Part shown: piece after piece, positions 1 through 8,993 of the stretch
Position numbering within the stretch: the stretch's first letter is position 1
Layout: every line of letters begins with the position of its first letter
Source of the DNA: Lachnospiraceae bacterium
GTDB lineage: Bacteria; Bacillota; Clostridia; TANB77; CAG-508
Direction: 5' to 3'
Assembly (NCBI GenBank): GCA_963621995.1
Contig: CAVFFZ010000003.1
Coordinates: forward strand, 12,329-76,328
Length of the DNA stretch: 64,000 bases
Program-made: the position numbers and the translations under genes
Notes under the pieces: generated by a model
Databases searched by the model: none
What the model was told of the DNA's origin: nothing
The model's input: the letters and a program-made list of their open reading frames with translations, nothing else

Positions 1-1
1 T

Positions 2-76
2 GCAATTATAATAGTAGCAATTGCAATTGGAACTATCGGAATAATCTTCATTAAGAAAAAGGTATTAGTAAAATAA
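2..76 (+). CDS. 3' end of a truncated CDS; C-terminal hydrophobic segment plus basic tail (...AIIIVAIAIGTIGIIFIKKKVLVK*)
   Basis: The frame is open from the window edge to TAA at 74-76 and is followed by a terminator hairpin. The hydrophobic stretch plus KKK tail looks like a membrane anchor or sorting-signal tail. The rest of the gene lies outside the window. Confidence 0.3.
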   Translation, partial: AIIIVAIAIGTIGIIFIKKKVLVK

Positions 77-84
77 TATAACAC

Positions 85-122
85 AAAAATAGTTGGTTTT
101 AGCTAAAAACCAACTATTTTTT
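85..122 (+). terminator. Intrinsic terminator hairpin (AAAAATAGTTGGTTTT / AAAACCAACTATTTTT)
   Basis: Perfect 16-bp stem (85-100 / 106-121) with a 5-nt loop, running into a T-tract directly after the truncated CDS. Confidence 0.7.
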
Positions 123-252
123 ATATTATAGGAAACTTTTTCCTATAATATAAAAAGTTTTGCTAAATATTCTACCCCAATTTTATTACATAAAATTGGA
201 TGGGGGAACAAAGACGAGGCATGAAAAGTTTTCTAAAATATCTAAAAATATT
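118..252. repeat. Intergenic repeat element R1, copy A (16-bp AT-rich hairpin 118-156 plus ~95-nt conserved tail)
   Basis: The hairpin is TTTTTATATTATAGGA-N7-TCCTATAATATAAAAA. The tail shares long blocks with 19120-19216 (GCTAAA, AATTTTATT, CATAAAATT, GAACAAAGAC, AGGCATGAAAAGT, TCTAAAAATATT). Confidence 0.75.
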
Positions 253-527
253 AATTATGCCTCTTTGGTTCTTTTACTATTAAAAAAGAAATACCAATTA
301 ATAATTTTCTTACAAACTATTGTATTTTATGCCATTTTACGATAAAATAAATAAAAACAAATGAGAAATTAAAAATAAAAAAGAAATAAAATAAAAAAAT
401 ATATCACAAGTTGTAAAAAACTTTTTTAATTTTCGTATCTAAAACGACAAATAATTAATTTTTTTTATACTAAAATAGGACAAGCAAAACAAAAATGAAT
501 AATTAAAAAAGTATGAGGTGGTAAAGG

Positions 528-3020
528 ATGTTTCAAAATATATCAAGGGATTTTGAAGAAAACCAAAATTCCTACGAGGATGTTGAATTAAATAAAAAAG
601 AAAAGATAAAAGAAGCAATAAAAAAATGTATGTCTAAAAAAATGATAATAGTTTATATTGTGTCTTTCTTACTTTCATGTGTTAGCTTTAATGTAAACAA
701 AGAACTAGCACCTTTTGGAATAGCAGTATTAGTGGCAATTTTAAGTAATTGTATTCCAATAGGAATAGCAAGTATATTTGTAATAATAGGAACTAGCATT
801 TGCTTTGGGGGTTCATCAACTTTAAATTTACTATTAACACTGTTTTTAGTATTTGTTAGTATTTTAATAAAATCGCCAAAATATGAAGAAGAAAAAGGAG
901 AAAAGAGAAAACTAGGTTTACGTTTATTTATAAGTTGTTTATTAGTGCAAGTAGTGCCATTATTTTTTAAACAAATAGTAATATACGACTTATTATTTGC
1001 AGTTATTTATAGTATAGCAGCTTTTATATTCTACAAGATATTCTCCAATAGCATAGGTATAATTACAAATGTAGGAGAAAAAATAGCATATTCTATAGAA
1101 GAAGTAATGGGAGCAAGTTTGATGTTAGCCATTTGCATATGTGCAATAGGAACTGTAAATGTATTTGGATTTAGTGTTAGAAATATTTTATGCATCCTAG
1201 TAGTACTAGTAATGGGCTGGAAAAACGGTATTCTAGTAGGGACAACTTCAGGAGTTACTATAGGTAGTGTAGTAGGAATTATTGGAGGAGGAGAACCTAT
1301 AATAATTGCTACATATGCACTTTCAGGAATGATAGCAGGAATATTTAATCATTTAGGAAAAATAGGAGTAATAATAGGCTTTATATTGGGAAATGTACTT
1401 CTTACATATGTTTCAAATGGAAATACATATTCTATAATAGCTTTTAAAGAAATATTAATTGCTTCATTAGGATTGCTTGCAGTACCTAAAAACGTAAAAA
1501 TAGATATAGAAGATTTATATGGAAAAGTAAAATTGTTGCCAGACGGTGCAGATAGAATTTTAGAGGAAAACAAAGATACAATTTACAAATTAAATAGTAT
1601 GTCTGAAACAATATATGAAATGTCAAAAACATATAAAGAAGCAGCAGCCACAATAGTAGATGAAGAAGAACTTAAAAAACAAGAAGAAAATAATTTAAGT
1701 ATTTTTGAAAGAGAGCTAGAAAACAATTTAGAAGGTTTAGAAGAAAATATATTATTTGATGATATATATTCACCAGAAGATAATTTAATAGAAGATATAT
1801 TTAATTTATTATTAGATAATGAAAGAATTAACAGAAGAGATTTGCTAGATGTTTTAGCTGCACATAATAATTATATAATAGGATATGAAAAAGATTATAT
1901 AAGTGATGATGTAGAAAAGGACATAGAGCAAATGGTAAAAATAATTAACTATTCATATAAAGTTAGTAAATTGAATTTTATATGGAAGAAAAAATTAGAC
2001 GAAAATAAAAAAGCAGTATCTAGTCAATTAGAAGAAGTTTCAAAAGCAATAGGAAATTTAGCAGATCAAATAGATGCTAAAGAGAATGATCCATTTGCAA
2101 AACAAAAAGAAGAAATTAAATTATTATTAAAAGAAAAAGATATAGAAATTCAAAATATAAATTATAAAAAGGAACCATCAGGAAGAATAAAGGTTACATT
2201 ATACACACCTTCTTGCAAAAATGTGGAAAACGCAACCTGCGATATAAAGAAGATGGCAAGAATTATATCTAAAGTTTGTGAAGAAAACATGATTTTACAA
2301 AAACAAGAATGTGCATTAAGAAAGAAAGTTCCAAATTGTATGTATACATTCATATCTGAAGATAAGCAACAAATTAGAATAGGAATAGCAAAAACAACAA
2401 AAGCAGATTCAACTATGTCAGGAGATACAAGTATACAAACCAAATTGGAAGACGGAAAATATTTATTGGCAATTAGTGACGGAATGGGTTCTGGAAATGA
2501 AGCAAGAAAAGCAAGCAAAACAGCAATAGCTATGCTAGATAGACTTCTTACATCAGGATTTGATAGAAATTCATCTTTAAGAATGATAAATTCAACATTA
2601 AATGCTATAGGTCAAGAAGATATGTATGCTACATTAGATATAGCAATTTTAGACTTATATGCAAGAAATTTAGAATTTATAAAAAACGGAGCATGCCCTA
2701 CATACGTTAAAAATAGAAGAAATGTAGAAGTACTAAAATCAGTAAGTCTACCAACTGGAATATTGAATGACATAGATTTAGTAGTATATGACAAAGATTT
2801 ACAAGATGGAGACATTTTAGTAATGTGCAGTGACGGAATATTAGAGTCATCTGAAGAATACACAAATAAAGAATTATGGTTAAAATTTTTGTTAGAAGAA
2901 ATAGAAACAGAAGATGTGCAAAAAATTGCAGACATAATTTTACAAGAAGCAATAGACAACAACTACGGAAAACCAAAGGATGATATGACAGTTATAGTAG
3001 CTAGAGTAAAGAATAAATAA
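528..3020 (+). CDS. spoIIE: Stage II sporulation protein E (polytopic membrane domain plus C-terminal PP2C phosphatase)
   Basis: 830 aa with roughly 10 N-terminal hydrophobic helices, a central charged region, and a C-terminal PP2C-type domain with ISDGMGSG and MCSDG motifs. SD GAGGTGG lies upstream. Confidence 0.9.
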   Translation: MFQNISRDFEENQNSYEDVELNKKEKIKEAIKKCMSKKMIIVYIVSFLLSCVSFNVNKELAPFGIAVLVAILSNCIPIGIASIFVIIGTSICFGGSSTLNLLLTLFLVFVSILIKSPKYEEEKGEKRKLGLRLFISCLLVQVVPLFFKQIVIYDLLFAVIYSIAAFIFYKIFSNSIGIITNVGEKIAYSIEEVMGASLMLAICICAIGTVNVFGFSVRNILCILVVLVMGWKNGILVGTTSGVTIGSVVGIIGGGEPIIIATYALSGMIAGIFNHLGKIGVIIGFILGNVLLTYVSNGNTYSIIAFKEILIASLGLLAVPKNVKIDIEDLYGKVKLLPDGADRILEENKDTIYKLNSMSETIYEMSKTYKEAAATIVDEEELKKQEENNLSIFERELENNLEGLEENILFDDIYSPEDNLIEDIFNLLLDNERINRRDLLDVLAAHNNYIIGYEKDYISDDVEKDIEQMVKIINYSYKVSKLNFIWKKKLDENKKAVSSQLEEVSKAIGNLADQIDAKENDPFAKQKEEIKLLLKEKDIEIQNINYKKEPSGRIKVTLYTPSCKNVENATCDIKKMARIISKVCEENMILQKQECALRKKVPNCMYTFISEDKQQIRIGIAKTTKADSTMSGDTSIQTKLEDGKYLLAISDGMGSGNEARKASKTAIAMLDRLLTSGFDRNSSLRMINSTLNAIGQEDMYATLDIAILDLYARNLEFIKNGACPTYVKNRRNVEVLKSVSLPTGILNDIDLVVYDKDLQDGDILVMCSDGILESSEEYTNKELWLKFLLEEIETEDVQKIADIILQEAIDNNYGKPKDDMTVIVARVKNK

Positions 3021-3048
3021 AAAACAAGGTGTAAACCCTTGTTTTTTT
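3021..3048 (+). terminator. Intrinsic terminator after spoIIE
   Basis: AAACAAGG-TGTAAAC-CCTTGTTT followed by a T-run. Confidence 0.75.
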
Positions 3049-3107
3049 ATGTCAAAATATGTTATAGTATAAAAAGAAAATCCTAAAAAGAACAAGGAGA
3101 TAAAAAT

Positions 3108-4625
3108 ATGAGTAGAGGTAGAAGATATAACAATGACGAAAGAAAATTAAATATGAAAAAAGTATTTGCAGTAATTATAGCAATAATTGTTATAGCAATG
3201 TTTTTTATAGGAATGAAAAAATTGTTGAAAGAAAGTCCAAAGACAAATGAAAAAACATTTGCTCTAGCATATTATACTTTATATGAAAACGAAAAATGGG
3301 GAGTAATAGATACAAGAGGAAATATAGTTATTAAGCCAGAATATGAAGAAATGATTGTAATTCCAGACAATACAAAACCAGTATTTATTTGTATGGAAAA
3401 TGTAGACTATACAAACGATACGTTTAAAACAAAAGCAATAGACAAAGAAGGAAACCAACTGTTTACAAACTATGAACAAGTGGAAGTAATATACAATCAT
3501 GATGAGAATAATAATATATGGTATGAAAGCAATATTTTAAAAGTACAAAAAGACGGGAAATATGGATTAATAAATTTAGATGGAAAAGAAATATTAGCTT
3601 GCACACAAGACAATATAGAAGCAATGACGGGTACAAAATCAGTATACATTACAACTGCTAATGGTAAAAAAGGATTAGTAGACAACATGGGAAAAGTAAT
3701 AATTGAAAACAATTATACAGAAATAAGTGCTCTTACAAGTAAATATTCAAATGGATTTATTGTAAAAAATGAACAAGGAAAATATGGGGTAATAAACAAT
3801 GACAAAACAATAGCACTAGAAGAAAAATATGATGAAATAAGTCCAGTTAGCGAAAATAAAATGTATGTTGTAAAAGAAGGCTCAGACTCTAAAATAGTAA
3901 ATACAGAGGGAGAAGAATTCTTAGTAAATGGATTTGAAGAAGTAAAACAAATAAATACAGACAATATAGTAGTAAAAGTAAATGGAAAATATGGAATAAA
4001 AACAATAAATGGAGTAGAAAAAATACCTGCAATATATGATGATTTAACATATACATTTGACAATTACTATATTGCAAAAAAAGAAGGGAAATATGGAATA
4101 GTCAATGAAAAAAATGAAGAAAAAATTTCATTTAATTATACATATATAAAATATTTAGATACTATAGGAATATTACAAGCAGAAACAGAAAATATGGAAT
4201 CAGAGCTATTAGATACAAACTTAAAAGTTAAAGTTAAGGGAATAATAGCACAAATAAACGACGATAAAAATTACATAAGAGTTAGAGAAAATGACGAATA
4301 TAAATACTATAACTTCAAATTAGAACAAAAAGAAAGCAAAGAAATACTTGCAACAAATACAATATTCTTAAGCAAAAAAGACGGAAAATACGGATATGTA
4401 AATGATAAAGGTATAGTTGTAGTAGATTACCAATACGAAGATGCAACAGAACAAAATAAATATGGATATGCTGCAGTAAAAAAAGACGGAAAATGGGGCT
4501 GCCTAGACGCTAAAGGGAATGTAGTAGTAGAATGTACTAACACATTAGAGGATGTTCTAGTAGTAGATTTCATTGGACAATGGCATTTAGCAACAGACAT
4601 TAACGCAAACTATTATACAAAATAA
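3108..4625 (+). CDS. Membrane-anchored WG (KWG) repeat protein
   Basis: N-terminal TM helix, then many copies of the G-K-Y/W-G-hydrophobic-I-N/D-x-x-G repeat (GKYGLINLDGKEIL, GKYGVINNDK, GKYGIVNEKNE, GKWGCLDAKGN). SD AAGGAG. Confidence 0.75.
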   Translation: MSRGRRYNNDERKLNMKKVFAVIIAIIVIAMFFIGMKKLLKESPKTNEKTFALAYYTLYENEKWGVIDTRGNIVIKPEYEEMIVIPDNTKPVFICMENVDYTNDTFKTKAIDKEGNQLFTNYEQVEVIYNHDENNNIWYESNILKVQKDGKYGLINLDGKEILACTQDNIEAMTGTKSVYITTANGKKGLVDNMGKVIIENNYTEISALTSKYSNGFIVKNEQGKYGVINNDKTIALEEKYDEISPVSENKMYVVKEGSDSKIVNTEGEEFLVNGFEEVKQINTDNIVVKVNGKYGIKTINGVEKIPAIYDDLTYTFDNYYIAKKEGKYGIVNEKNEEKISFNYTYIKYLDTIGILQAETENMESELLDTNLKVKVKGIIAQINDDKNYIRVRENDEYKYYNFKLEQKESKEILATNTIFLSKKDGKYGYVNDKGIVVVDYQYEDATEQNKYGYAAVKKDGKWGCLDAKGNVVVECTNTLEDVLVVDFIGQWHLATDINANYYTK

Positions 4626-4630
4626 AACAA

Positions 4631-4677
4631 CACTCCTTTAGGGACGTTCCTTTTGGTTAATTTGTCCCTCTTGGAGT
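4631..4677 (+). terminator. Hairpin after the WG-repeat gene (CACTCC..AGGGAC..loop..GTCCCT..GGAGTG)
   Basis: Two-part stem, CACTCC/GGAGTG and AGGGAC/GTCCCT. It overlaps the annotated ATG of the ORF-track acpS model, which argues for the downstream start. Confidence 0.55.
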
Positions 4678-4732
4678 GATTTTTAAGCACCAATATAGAC
4701 GTTTTTTGAAGTTTTATAAAGGAGAGAAAAAA

Positions 4733-5101
4733 TTGAGAATAAATTGTGGTACAGACATAATAGAAGTCTACAGAATAAAAGAAAGTATAGAGAAAATGGG
4801 AGCTGACTTCTTAAATAGAATATATACAGAAAAAGAAATAGAATATTGCAACAGTAAAAACAATATGAAATATCAACACTTCGCGGCTAGATTTGCAGCG
4901 AAAGAAGCAATATTTAAAGCAATTTCAAATATACTAAAAGATAAATATGAAATAACTTGGAAAGATGTAGAAATATTAAATGACGAAAATGGCAGACCAT
5001 ATGTGCATTTTTTGAACAATAATTATAACATAAAGCAAATAGATATTAGTATTTCACATTTAAAAGAATATGCAACTGCTAATTGCATAATAGTGTTTTA
5101 A
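4733..5101 (+). CDS. acpS: Holo-[acyl-carrier-protein] synthase
   Basis: An N-terminus G-T-D-I-I-E-V-x-R-I is typical of AcpS. A TTG start at 4733 sits 7 nt after AAAGGAGAG and gives about 122 aa. The 4676 start would add a basic extension overlapping the upstream hairpin. Confidence 0.85.
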   Translation: MRINCGTDIIEVYRIKESIEKMGADFLNRIYTEKEIEYCNSKNNMKYQHFAARFAAKEAIFKAISNILKDKYEITWKDVEILNDENGRPYVHFLNNNYNIKQIDISISHLKEYATANCIIVF

Positions 5102-5206
5102 AGAAAAGTATTAAAAATAAATTGATTGAAACTAAAAAAATAAAAGTAAAAAATATAAAGGAAAGGGGAAACTTGTATAATTATTATACGAGAAGTAGAA
5201 ACTTAA

Positions 5207-5989
5207 ATGGAATTTTTTGACTCACATTCACATTATAATGATGAAAAATTTAATGAAGATAGAGAAGAAATTATAAAAAAAACATATGAGGAAGGAATAA
5301 CAAAATGGATTTGTGCAGGTTATGACATTCCCTCATCTATATTTAGCGTAAAACTTGCAAGAGAAAATGAATTTATTTATTCAATTTGTGGAATTTCACC
5401 AAATGACGTGCCAGAAAATATAGAAGGCATTGATAGAATGGTAAAAGATATAGAAAATCTTATAAAACAAGATGTGAATAAAAAGGTTGTGGCAATAGGA
5501 GAAATAGGATTAGACTATTATTGGAATAAAGAAAATAAAGAAATACAAAAAGAAATGTTTAAAAAACAAATAGAACTTGCAAATAAATATAACTTACCAA
5601 TAGTTATACATACAAGAGAAGCGGTAATGGATACAATAGACATTCTTAAAAAATATGAGGTAAATAAAAAAGGAGTATTTCATTGTTGCCCATTAAATCA
5701 AGAACTAGTGAAAGAAGCTTTGAAATTAGGCTTTTATATATCTTTTGCAGGTCCAATTACATTTAAAAATTCAAGAAATGCTAAAGATGTAGTAAGTATG
5801 GTTCCGCTAGATAGAATATTGATTGAAACAGATAGTCCTTATTTGGCACCAGAGCCTAAAAGAGGAACAAGAAATGATTCGAGAAATGTTAAATTAGTTG
5901 CAGAAAAAATAGCAGAATTTAAAAATATTTCTTTAGCAGAAGTAGCAAAAGCTACATATGATAATGCACTAAAGATTTTTAAAATATAA
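5207..5989 (+). CDS. tatD: TatD-family metal-dependent DNase/hydrolase (YabD-like)
   Basis: FDSHSH at the N-terminus, GEIGLDYYW, IHTREA, ETDSPYLAP; 260 aa. Confidence 0.9.
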   Translation: MEFFDSHSHYNDEKFNEDREEIIKKTYEEGITKWICAGYDIPSSIFSVKLARENEFIYSICGISPNDVPENIEGIDRMVKDIENLIKQDVNKKVVAIGEIGLDYYWNKENKEIQKEMFKKQIELANKYNLPIVIHTREAVMDTIDILKKYEVNKKGVFHCCPLNQELVKEALKLGFYISFAGPITFKNSRNAKDVVSMVPLDRILIETDSPYLAPEPKRGTRNDSRNVKLVAEKIAEFKNISLAEVAKATYDNALKIFKI

Positions 5990-6120
5990 TTTTTGGGAAA
6001 ATTTTTAAAATTATTCATTTTTTTGGTACAAGCCACATATAATATATATTAGAGAAAACTTACAATATGTAAATTAGACAAAAGTCAAGGAGCCCTAAGC
6101 AAAACAAAACATAGTAAAAT

Positions 6121-6149
6121 TTGACATTAAAAATAAATAATGGTATAAT
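6121..6149 (+). promoter_or_regulatory. Sigma-A type promoter for the yabE-like gene
   Basis: TTGACA-17 nt-TATAAT with an extended TGg immediately upstream of the -10. Confidence 0.6.
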
Positions 6150-6182
6150 TGCATTGTTGATTTAGAAGGAGGAGACTTTTCT

Positions 6183-7175
6183 ATGAACAAAAATGAAAAA
6201 GCATCTGGATCACTAATAAAAATATTAGTAATTAGCTTAATACTTGTATCTTTAACAGGAATTGGAGTTATGGCTACCAACACAAAAATTACAAGTGTAA
6301 AAATTATACTTTCTAATGACTATGAAATGGTAGTACTAACAGGAAAAACGAAAGTATCAGAGATATTAAAAGAAAACCATATTTCTTTATCAGAAGATGA
6401 GGTAGTAACACCAAACCTTGAAGATGAAATATTAGAAAATAAAACAATAAGAATTTCAAATAAAATAGATGAAATGTTAGAAAAAGCTGAAACAGAAACA
6501 GTAATTTCAGCAGAAGAAATATTAAGTTCATATGGAACAATTGTAGAAAAATTAGTTACAGAACAAGAAGTTATTCCATTTGAAACAATTACAAAAGAGG
6601 CGACTGGAGAAGGTACAAAACAAAATAAAGTTGTTCAGAGTGGGGAAAATGGTTTAAGAGAAGTAACATATAAAATTAAATATCAAAATGAAGAGGAAAT
6701 TGAAAGAACAGAAATTTCTAACACAATTATTAAAGAACCAGTAAATAAAATAGTAGAAGTAAGAACTGTACAAGTAACGTCAAGAGGTGGAAATGAAAGA
6801 GTTGCAACTTCAAATCCTGCACTTACAGCTTCAACAACACTTGCAAAAAAAGTAGAAGGAATTACTCCTACAGTAAGAACATTTAATACTTCAGCATATT
6901 GTTCTTGTGCAAAATGTTGTGGTAAAACAAATGGAATTACAGCTTCAGGTGCAAAAGCATCAGAGTGGTATACAGTAGCAGCTGGAAGTGGATATAAAAT
7001 TGGAACTGTAATATATATGCCAGCTCTAGCAGACAAGCCAAATGGTGGATGGTTTGTGGTACAAGACAGAGGAGGGGCTATATCAAATAGCAAATTAGAT
7101 ATTTATATGGGTTCTCATAGCAGTGCACTTCAATATGGAAGAAAAACTTTAGAAGCATATATTTATGAATTTTAA
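6183..7175 (+). CDS. YabE-like cell-wall protein (signal anchor, DUF348-like repeats, G5 domain, C-terminal 3D domain)
   Basis: N-terminal TM helix, a G5-like segment (QSGENGLREVTYKIKYQNEEEIERTEIS), and a C-terminal 3D-type segment (CAKCCGKTNGITASG...DRGGAISNSKLDIYM). It follows tatD as in the Bacillus yabD-yabE arrangement. Confidence 0.72.
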   Translation: MNKNEKASGSLIKILVISLILVSLTGIGVMATNTKITSVKIILSNDYEMVVLTGKTKVSEILKENHISLSEDEVVTPNLEDEILENKTIRISNKIDEMLEKAETETVISAEEILSSYGTIVEKLVTEQEVIPFETITKEATGEGTKQNKVVQSGENGLREVTYKIKYQNEEEIERTEISNTIIKEPVNKIVEVRTVQVTSRGGNERVATSNPALTASTTLAKKVEGITPTVRTFNTSAYCSCAKCCGKTNGITASGAKASEWYTVAAGSGYKIGTVIYMPALADKPNGGWFVVQDRGGAISNSKLDIYMGSHSSALQYGRKTLEAYIYEF

Positions 7176-7181
7176 AAATTT

Positions 7182-7218
7182 GGGTCAATTAGGGACAGCC
7201 CCCCAATTGATCCTTTTT
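7182..7218 (+). terminator. Terminator hairpin (GGGTCAATTAGGG / CCCCAATTGATCC plus T5)
   Basis: 13-bp stem with 1 mismatch and 1 wobble, a 6-nt loop and a T-run. Member of the CAATT-GGG...CCCCAATTG family. Confidence 0.7.
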
Positions 7219-7273
7219 GTATTAAGAATATGGCAAATTAAATTAGTTTTTAAAGAAAGTGAGGAGAAGTATT

Positions 7274-8029
7274 ATGAAATTGATATCTTGGAATGTAAAT
7301 GGACTGAGAGCAGTTATAAATAAAGGATTTATGGATTTTTTTAAACAGATAGATGTGGACATTTTTTGCATTCAAGAGACAAAGATGCAGGAAGGTCAAA
7401 TAGAACTTGTACTAGATGGATATTATCAATATTTTAATAGTGCAATAAAAAAAGGATATTCTGGGACGGCAGTGTTTACTAAACAAAAGCCAATAAATGT
7501 TACATATGGTATAGGAATAGAAGAACATGATCAAGAAGGAAGAATAATAACAGCTGAATATGAAAAGTTTTATTTAGTTAATTGCTATACTCCAAATTCA
7601 AAAAGAAAATTAGAAAGACTAGAATATCGTAAAATTTGGGAAGATGAGATAAGAAAATATTTGAAAAAATTGGAGGAAACAAAGCCAGTAATTTATTGTG
7701 GAGACTTAAATGTGGCTCATGAGGAAATTGATTTAAAAAATCCAAAAACAAATCATTATAGTGCTGGTTTTACAGATGAGGAAAGAAATAAAATGACAGA
7801 ATTATTAAATTCTGGATTTATAGATAGTTTTAGATATTTATATCCTGAAAAGGAGAATGCTTATACATGGTGGTCTTATATGATGAAGGCACGTGAAAAA
7901 AATGTTGGGTGGAGAATAGATTATTTTATAACTTCAAATAGTTTAAAAGAAAAAATAGAAGATAGTAAAATACATAGTGAAGTTATGGGAAGCGACCATT
8001 GCCCAATAGAATTAGATATAGAAGTATAA
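7274..8029 (+). CDS. xth: Exodeoxyribonuclease III (AP endonuclease)
   Basis: MKLISWNVNGLRA, QETK, GDLNVAH and SDHCP motifs. ATG 7274 follows GAGGAG; the GTG at 7259 lies inside the SD. Confidence 0.9.
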   Translation: MKLISWNVNGLRAVINKGFMDFFKQIDVDIFCIQETKMQEGQIELVLDGYYQYFNSAIKKGYSGTAVFTKQKPINVTYGIGIEEHDQEGRIITAEYEKFYLVNCYTPNSKRKLERLEYRKIWEDEIRKYLKKLEETKPVIYCGDLNVAHEEIDLKNPKTNHYSAGFTDEERNKMTELLNSGFIDSFRYLYPEKENAYTWWSYMMKAREKNVGWRIDYFITSNSLKEKIEDSKIHSEVMGSDHCPIELDIEV

Positions 8030-8063
8030 AAAAGACCTAATTATTATATAATTAGGTCTTTTT
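8029..8063. terminator. Bidirectional terminator between the convergent xth and 8115-8681 genes
   Basis: AAAAAGACCTAAT / ATTAGGTCTTTTT, a 13-bp stem with an A-run upstream and a T-run downstream. Confidence 0.75.
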
Positions 8064-8114
8064 ATCAGATAAATTATGTAATTAAAAATTTAAATAATTT
8101 ACATTGTACAAAAT

Positions 8115-8681
8115 TTAATTACGATTTTTTCTTTTTTTAATAATAACTGATGCTACTATAATTACAAGTAAAACTGCTATAATTGCAATTACACCTGGCC
8201 ATCCAAGTATTGCTACAATTTTACTACCTAAAGACATTATAATACCAGCTAATAAAACACCGAAAGCTACTGCGGTTACACTAGTTTTAAAATCTAAGTT
8301 TAAAAATGAAGCAGCTAATGTGCCTGTCCATGCACCAGTACCAGGTAAGGGAATACCAACAAATATTAGTAATGCCCAAAATATTCCGTTATTTCCAGCA
8401 GATTTCTTTAATTTTTCTCCGCCCTTTTCACCTTTTTCTAAACACCATGTGAAAAATTTTCCTATTATTTTTTTATCTTTTCCCCACTCGAGTACTTTTC
8501 GTGCAAATAGGTAAATAATTGGTACAGGAAGCATATTTCCTATAATAGCTATAGGATAATATAAAAATATATTTAAACCTAAACCTTCTGCAATTGGAAT
8601 AGCACCTCTTAATTCTACAATAGGTACCATACTTACAAAAAAAACTACTAAATATTTTACAACGATTGGTAAAGTTGTCAT
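8115..8681 (-). CDS. Small multidrug-export-like membrane protein (COG2426-type)
   Basis: 188 aa with about 5 TM helices. The N-terminal motif VPIVELRGAIPIA is characteristic of that family as I recall it. SD AAAGGAG. Confidence 0.55.
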   Translation of the reverse strand: MTTLPIVVKYLVVFFVSMVPIVELRGAIPIAEGLGLNIFLYYPIAIIGNMLPVPIIYLFARKVLEWGKDKKIIGKFFTWCLEKGEKGGEKLKKSAGNNGIFWALLIFVGIPLPGTGAWTGTLAASFLNLDFKTSVTAVAFGVLLAGIIMSLGSKIVAILGWPGVIAIIAVLLVIIVASVIIKKRKNRN

Positions 8682-8810
8682 TAAAAAAACTCCTTTGCTT
8701 TAATATAAATTCAAGTCTCAAACATTGTACTATAAGAAATAAAAAAAGTCTACTATTTTCAAAAAAGAATATTAGATAATTACTAAAAAAGTAACAAAAT
8801 TTTCCTAGCT

Positions 8811-8846
8811 ACCTCAAAAGTACCTGAATCTTTTGGAATAACTTTG
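8811..8846. repeat. Degenerate member of the CCCCAAAAGTACCTGG palindrome family
   Basis: CCTCAAAAGTACCTGAATCTTTTGGAATAACTTTGAGGT shares CAAAAGTACCTG and CTTTTGG with 22906-22942 and 44573-44598. Confidence 0.5.
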
Positions 8847-8993
8847 AGGTGACTAAAAAATTAGACAAAATATGCCAATACATAAAAAAGATTGACAAAA
8901 TGTACTAAAAAATTATATTATAAATGTGCAAGGTAAAAGCATAAAAATATTATGCAAAGAATAAAAATAAAAATAAAGGTTGGAGGTGAACAA

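Noticed and set aside
160-345. 61-aa ORF inside R1 repeat copy A. Its frame is partly mirrored in copy B (..FY.IK..GG.TKTRHEK..).
   Set aside because: It has no SD, a TTG start and very low complexity. The copy B frame ends early and copy C diverges after about 12 codons. It is better explained as a non-coding repeat, and the partial frame conservation is noted under the R1 finding.
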